A DNA stretch of 51,995 nucleotides from Gammaproteobacteria bacterium. GTDB taxonomy: Bacteria > Pseudomonadota > Gammaproteobacteria > JAHELT01. Below the pieces are notes generated by a model, which saw only the letters and a program-made list of their open reading frames with translations, was not told where the DNA came from and searched no databases. Below are positions 47,722 through 51,995 of this stretch, in pieces. The stretch spans positions 1-51,995 of the forward strand of contig JBFJWO010000001.1 in NCBI GenBank assembly GCA_041623575.1. Reading direction: 5' to 3'. Numbering within the stretch: the stretch's first letter is position 1; the number at the start of each line of letters is the position of its first letter. The position numbers and the translations under genes are program-made.

Positions 47722-48111
47722 GTGAGCGAACACCTCCCCGAGACCCGTCGCGGTTCGTGCCACTGCGGCGCGGTGGTTTTCGAAGTCGACCTGGTCGACG
47801 GCCTGGAAAACGTGCGCCGCTGCAACTGCTCGTTGTGCCGGCGCAAGGGGGCGGTCATGGCGAGCGTGGCGATCGATCGCCTGCGCGTGCTGGAGGGCGC
47901 CGACAGTCTCACGCTCTATCGATGGAACACGGGCGTCGCGAAACATTACTTTTGCCGCGTGTGCGGCATCTATACTCACCATCAGCGGCGCAGCAATCCA
48001 CGCGAGTACGGGGTCAACGTCGCCTGCCTGGACGGCGTCGACCCCTACGCGCTCGAAGTGGGTATAGGCAACGGCGCGGCGCAGTCGCCGCTCGGCGACG
48101 CCACGCGCTGA
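47722..48111 (+). CDS. GFA-family (glutathione-dependent formaldehyde-activating / CENP-V-like) zinc protein
   Basis: 129 aa. Cys pattern GSCHCGAV..RCNCSLCRRKG..FCRVCG is typical of the GFA domain. Confidence 0.87.
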   Translation: MSEHLPETRRGSCHCGAVVFEVDLVDGLENVRRCNCSLCRRKGAVMASVAIDRLRVLEGADSLTLYRWNTGVAKHYFCRVCGIYTHHQRRSNPREYGVNVACLDGVDPYALEVGIGNGAAQSPLGDATR

Positions 48112-48166
48112 GCGCCCGCCAGGCAGGACAACCACGCAGGACACACCCGAGAAGGAGTGACGCACG

Positions 48167-49975
48167 ATGGACACCGAGAAACCCGGCAAGCTGGACAACC
48201 GGCCGCTCAACGTACGCGCCGACATCCCCGACGATCGCGATTTCTACTACCAGCCGAGCCTGCGACCCCTGGCGCGCGCTATCCCGGTCCCCGAGAAACT
48301 GCGCGTTCTCAACCAGGGCCAGGAGGGGGCGTGCACCGGGTTCGCGCTGGCCGCGGTCATCAACCTGCTGCGCACGCGCCAGGGGGGCGACAAGCCGGTC
48401 AGCGCACGCATGCTCTACGAGATGGCGAGGAAGTTCGACGAATGGCCGGGCGAGGACTATGCGGGCTCGAGCTGCCGCGGTGCCATCCGGGGTTGGCGGC
48501 ACATGGGCGTGTGCAGCGAGACCGAGTGGCCGTATCGCGTCAACAGCGCCGGGCAGTTGACCGTCGAGCGCGCCAAGCAGGCGCGCCACACCACTATCGG
48601 CGCCTACTACCGCCTGCGTCACGACGTGGTGGACTTCCATTCCGCCCTGAACGAGGCCGGGGTGGTGTTCTGCTCCGCCGACGTGCACTCGGGCTGGAGC
48701 GCGGCGTCGGTGTCGAGCGGCAAGATCCCGATGCGTGCGGGCGCCACCGGCGGTCACGCCTTTGCGCTGGTCGGCTACGACGAGGACGGTTTCTACGTGC
48801 AGAACTCCTGGGGCAAGGAGTGGGGCAAGAACGGCATCGCCTTGTGGCGTTACGAGGACTGGAAAGAGAACATCAAGGACGCGTGGGTGGTGCAACTCGC
48901 GCGCCCGACGCCGCAGATCTTTCCCGGCGTCGCCAAGGCGCGCACGGCGCGCGGCGTGGCCGAGGCGCCGAAGCCCTCGCGCAACGAGATCATGGGCCAT
49001 TTCGTGCACCTCGACGACGGGCGCTTCCACGACAGCGGCCGGTATTTCTCGAACATGCAGGACGTGCGCAACACGGCGCGGCTGGTGGCGGCCAGCGACA
49101 AGTACGATCACGTCCTGTTCTATGCCCACGGCGGGCTCAACAGCCCCGACGATTCGGCGCGCCGCATTGCCGCATTGCGCGACACCTTCAAGGCCAACCG
49201 CATCTACCCCTATCACTTCATGTACGACACGGGCCTCGGCGAGGAACTGAAGGACGTGATCCTCGGGCGCGGCGCGTCCGATCGCACCGCCGGTATCAGC
49301 GACTGGTCCGACCGCTTGCTCGAGTGGGCCGTGCGTCGCGGCGGGCGTGCCCTGTGGGGCGAGATGAAGGCCGGCGCGGCGCTGCCTTTCAAGGGCGCCG
49401 GCGACGGCGCGCGCGTGGTGGACGCGTTCGTCGAGGAGATCGAGAAATCGGGCAAGGCCAAGCACATCCACCTGGTCGGTCACAGCAACGGGTCGATCCT
49501 GCAGGGGGCGCTGCTCACGGCGATGCGTCGCCGCCAGCCGGAGCGGCGCGTGCGCAGTTGCTCGCTGCTGGCGCCGGCGGCGAGCGTGTCCGTGTTCGAG
49601 GACGCCTACCGGCCCGCGCTGAAGGACAAGACCGTCGAGCAGATGGTGGTCTACAACCTGAGCGACAAGCTCGAACGCGAGGACACGGTGTTCGCCATCT
49701 ATCGCAAGTCGCTGCTCTACCTCGTCTCGCGCGCTTTCGAGGGCGATGAGGCGGAGCCGCTGCTCGGCATGGAGCGTTACAGCAAGGACATCGACACCGG
49801 CGGGCTCGCGCTCACCTTCACCTACAGCACGGGCCGCGCGGGGCGCGGGCAGCGCACGCTCAGCACCAGCCACGGCGGCTTCGACAACGACCCGCTGACC
49901 ATGAACGACGTGCTGAAAACGGTGCTCGGGCGCGAGCCTGGGACCCCGTTCACCAAGGAGACGCTCGACTACTGA
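48167..49975 (+). CDS. Cytoplasmic fusion protein: N-terminal papain-like (C1) cysteine peptidase, C-terminal alpha/beta-hydrolase (DUF900/lipase-like)
   Basis: GAAGGAG RBS 8 nt before the ATG, and no signal peptide. C1 motifs: NQGQEGACTGFA (Gln50, Cys56) and GGHAFALVGYDEDGFYVQNSWGKEWGKNG (His, Asn-Ser-Trp). C-terminal half: VLFYAHGGLNS, nucleophile elbow GHSNG (Ser440), candidate Asp500 (NLSD) and His569 (TSHGGF). Confidence 0.88.
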   Translation: MDTEKPGKLDNRPLNVRADIPDDRDFYYQPSLRPLARAIPVPEKLRVLNQGQEGACTGFALAAVINLLRTRQGGDKPVSARMLYEMARKFDEWPGEDYAGSSCRGAIRGWRHMGVCSETEWPYRVNSAGQLTVERAKQARHTTIGAYYRLRHDVVDFHSALNEAGVVFCSADVHSGWSAASVSSGKIPMRAGATGGHAFALVGYDEDGFYVQNSWGKEWGKNGIALWRYEDWKENIKDAWVVQLARPTPQIFPGVAKARTARGVAEAPKPSRNEIMGHFVHLDDGRFHDSGRYFSNMQDVRNTARLVAASDKYDHVLFYAHGGLNSPDDSARRIAALRDTFKANRIYPYHFMYDTGLGEELKDVILGRGASDRTAGISDWSDRLLEWAVRRGGRALWGEMKAGAALPFKGAGDGARVVDAFVEEIEKSGKAKHIHLVGHSNGSILQGALLTAMRRRQPERRVRSCSLLAPAASVSVFEDAYRPALKDKTVEQMVVYNLSDKLEREDTVFAIYRKSLLYLVSRAFEGDEAEPLLGMERYSKDIDTGGLALTFTYSTGRAGRGQRTLSTSHGGFDNDPLTMNDVLKTVLGREPGTPFTKETLDY

Positions 49976-49982
49976 GCCGATC

Positions 49983-50010
49983 GGGCGGGGCGCGCCGGAG
50001 TGCCCCGCCC
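49983..50010 (+). terminator. GC-rich hairpin, possible terminator (no T-tract)
   Basis: GGGCGGGGC-N10-GCCCCGCCC inverted repeat, 8 nt after the stop at 49975. Confidence 0.35.
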
Positions 50011-50149
50011 CCGGGCGCGGACGTGCCCGCGCGTTGCCCCCGCATTTACATCTCGCCGCGATAGTGAAACCATCCGCCGGTTTGCGGCGGAAGGCCCGCC
50101 GCGGTGTTCAACGGTAGTGGCGGGCCGGCAGGTCCGCGGGAGCGAGCGA

Positions 50150-51995
50150 ATGGCGGACCTGCCTGGTACGGCCCGGGTCGTGATCATCGGCGGCGGCGCG
50201 GTCGGCGCATCGAGCCTCTATCACCTGGCGAAACTCGGCTGGCGCGACTGCGTGTTGCTGGAGAAAGACGAGCTGACCAGCGGCTCCACCTGGCACGCGG
50301 CGGGCAACGTGCCGACCTTCTCGGCGTCCTGGTCGGTGATGAACATGCAGCGCTACTCGACCGAGCTGTACCGCACGCTCGGCGAGGCCGTGGGCTACCC
50401 GATGAACTACCACGTCACCGGCTCGATCCGCCTCGGCCACACCAGGGACCGGATGCTGGAGTTCGAGCGCGTGGTGGGGATGGGGCGCTACCAGGGCATG
50501 GACGTCGAGATGTGCACGGTGGCGGACCTCGTGTCCCGCTACCCGTTTCTCGAGACCCACGACCTCGCCGGCGGTCTCTACGACCCCTGCGACGGGGACA
50601 TCGACCCGGCCCAGCTCACCCAGGCGCTGGCCAAGGGCGCGCGCGACCTCGGCGCCCGGATCGTCCGCTTCTGCGCGGTGACCGGCGCCCGGCGCGAGCA
50701 CGGCGAGTGGGTGCTCGAGACGGGGCAGGGCGATATCCGCTGCGAGTACGTGGTCAACGCGGCCGGCTACCGCGCGCAGCAGGTCGGCGCGCTGTTCGGG
50801 CGTTTCGTGCCGATGGTGAGCATGTCGCACCAGTACCTGCTGACCGATCCGATCCCCGAGCTGGAGGCCTACACCGCCGAGACCGGGCACAAGCTGCCGC
50901 TGCTGCGTGACGTGGACAGCTCCTACTACCTGCGCCAGGAGAAGACCGGGCTCAACCTCGGGCCCTACGAGCGCGGCTGCCGCGCGCACTGGGTGACGCC
51001 GGACGATCCGCTGCCCGACGACTTCGCCTTCCAGCTCTACCCGGACGACCTGGATCGGCTCGAGTGGTACATCGCGGATGCCGTCGCGCGCGTGCCGATC
51101 CTCGGCAGCGGCGGGGTCAACAAGGTCATCAACGGTCCCATTCCCTACGCACCGGACGGCAACCCGCTGATCGGGCCGATGCCGGGCGTGCCCAACGCCT
51201 TCGAGGCGTGCGTGTTCACGTTCGGTATTGCGCAGGCCGGCGGCGCGGGCAAGGTGCTGGCCGAATGGGTAGTCGAAGGCGGCACCGAGTGGGACATGTG
51301 GTCCTGCGACCCGCGGCGCTTCACCGCGTGGGCGGACCAGGACTATGCGCACCGCAAGGCGATCGAGGTGTACGGCCACGAATACGCCATGCACTACCCG
51401 CACTACCAGTGGCCGGAGGGCAGGGACAAGCGGCTGTCGCCGCTGCACACGCGTCTCGCCGAGGCGGGCGCACAGTTCGGCGCTTACAACGGCTGGGAGC
51501 GCGCCACCTGGTTCGCGCGCGACGGCGACGAGACCTCGCTCGAGGCGCAAGCGACCTGGGCGCGCGAGGGCCCGTGGTTCGCGGCGGTAGGCGAGGAATG
51601 CCTGGCCGTGCGCGACGCCGCCGGGATCCTCGACCTGCCGGGATTTTCCCGCTTCGAGGTCAGCGGCGAGGGTGCCGTCGACTGGCTGCGCGGCCTGGTC
51701 GCGGGACGTATCGCCCGGGTCGGGCGGATCGGGCTCGCCTACTTCCCCGACCATCGCGGGCGGATCCTGACCGAGATGTCGGTGGTGCGCTTGGAGCAGG
51801 ACCGGTTCTGGCTGATCACCGCCGCCACCGCCGAGTGGCACGACCGCGAGTGGCTGGAGCGAAACCTGCCGGCGGATACTGCGATCCGCATCGAGGACCG
51901 CACCGAGGAGTTCGGCACACTGATCCTGGCGGGGCCGAACTCGCGCGCCGTTCTCGCGCCGGTGTGCGATGCCGACCTGTCGGCTCCGTGGCTGA
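50150..51995 (+). CDS. FAD-dependent dimethylglycine/sarcosine-dehydrogenase-like oxidoreductase with a C-terminal GcvT (aminomethyltransferase) domain; 3' end truncated by the window
   Basis: Not in the ORF track because no stop is reached. My translation from ATG 50150 gives MADLPGTARVVIIGGGAVGASSLYHLAKLGWRDCVLLEKDELTSGSTWHAAGN (DAO dinucleotide fold). Later comes AGILDLPGFSRFEVSGEGAVDWL (GcvT fold). Confidence 0.88.
   Translation, partial: MADLPGTARVVIIGGGAVGASSLYHLAKLGWRDCVLLEKDELTSGSTWHAAGNVPTFSASWSVMNMQRYSTELYRTLGEAVGYPMNYHVTGSIRLGHTRDRMLEFERVVGMGRYQGMDVEMCTVADLVSRYPFLETHDLAGGLYDPCDGDIDPAQLTQALAKGARDLGARIVRFCAVTGARREHGEWVLETGQGDIRCEYVVNAAGYRAQQVGALFGRFVPMVSMSHQYLLTDPIPELEAYTAETGHKLPLLRDVDSSYYLRQEKTGLNLGPYERGCRAHWVTPDDPLPDDFAFQLYPDDLDRLEWYIADAVARVPILGSGGVNKVINGPIPYAPDGNPLIGPMPGVPNAFEACVFTFGIAQAGGAGKVLAEWVVEGGTEWDMWSCDPRRFTAWADQDYAHRKAIEVYGHEYAMHYPHYQWPEGRDKRLSPLHTRLAEAGAQFGAYNGWERATWFARDGDETSLEAQATWAREGPWFAAVGEECLAVRDAAGILDLPGFSRFEVSGEGAVDWLRGLVAGRIARVGRIGLAYFPDHRGRILTEMSVVRLEQDRFWLITAATAEWHDREWLERNLPADTAIRIEDRTEEFGTLILAGPNSRAVLAPVCDADLSAPWL

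Noticed and set aside
50108-51841. 577-aa minus-strand ORF and the 268-aa plus-strand ORF at 50104
   Set aside because: The other plus frame from ATG 50150 translates to a textbook DAO/GcvT (DMGDH-like) protein. It was missing from the track only because it has no stop inside the window.

Overview
This is a very GC-rich bacterial chromosomal segment; third codon positions are almost all G/C. It is probably gammaproteobacterial, because lexA carries E. coli-type CTG-N10-CAG SOS boxes. I call about 45 protein-coding genes. I recognised no rRNA, tRNA, CRISPR array, integrase or transposase. The many long antisense ORFs in the six-frame track are high-GC shadow ORFs.

Gene content in order:
- A CHASE2-sensor class III nucleotidyl cyclase, then a FecR/TPR/beta-barrel fusion protein, then a Cys-rich secreted protein.
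- gltA.
- An SOS mutagenesis cassette, lexA-imuA-(VOC gene)-imuB-dnaE2, with two overlapping LexA boxes.
- A response-regulator/PP2C phosphatase, mtaB, and a 3-mercaptopyruvate-type sulfurtransferase.
- A lipoprotein plus a Tat-exported DUF1501-like pair.
- A TlpA/DUF4266/DUF3570 envelope operon with a divergent DUF3570-like paralog.
- DUF1223, pncA and a polytopic membrane protein.
- A LIV-type ABC importer.
- A BMP-family nucleoside ABC importer fused into a cdd-PNP-deoA catabolic operon.
- A SAM methyltransferase.
- A GS-like plus MetX-like pair.
- Two small exported proteins.
- psuK-psuG and a GFA-family protein.
- A stand-alone cytoplasmic papain-like (C1) peptidase fused to an alpha/beta-hydrolase.
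- A partial dimethylglycine/sarcosine-dehydrogenase-like gene that runs off the window end.

The candidates I rate highest for undescribed biology are:
1. The CHASE2-cyclase / FecR-TPR-barrel / Cys-rich protein module. Its cyclase has guanylate-cyclase-like specificity residues.
2. The C1 peptidase-hydrolase fusion.
3. The TlpA-DUF4266-DUF3570 envelope operon.

All family assignments come from motif reading by eye. No searches were run.
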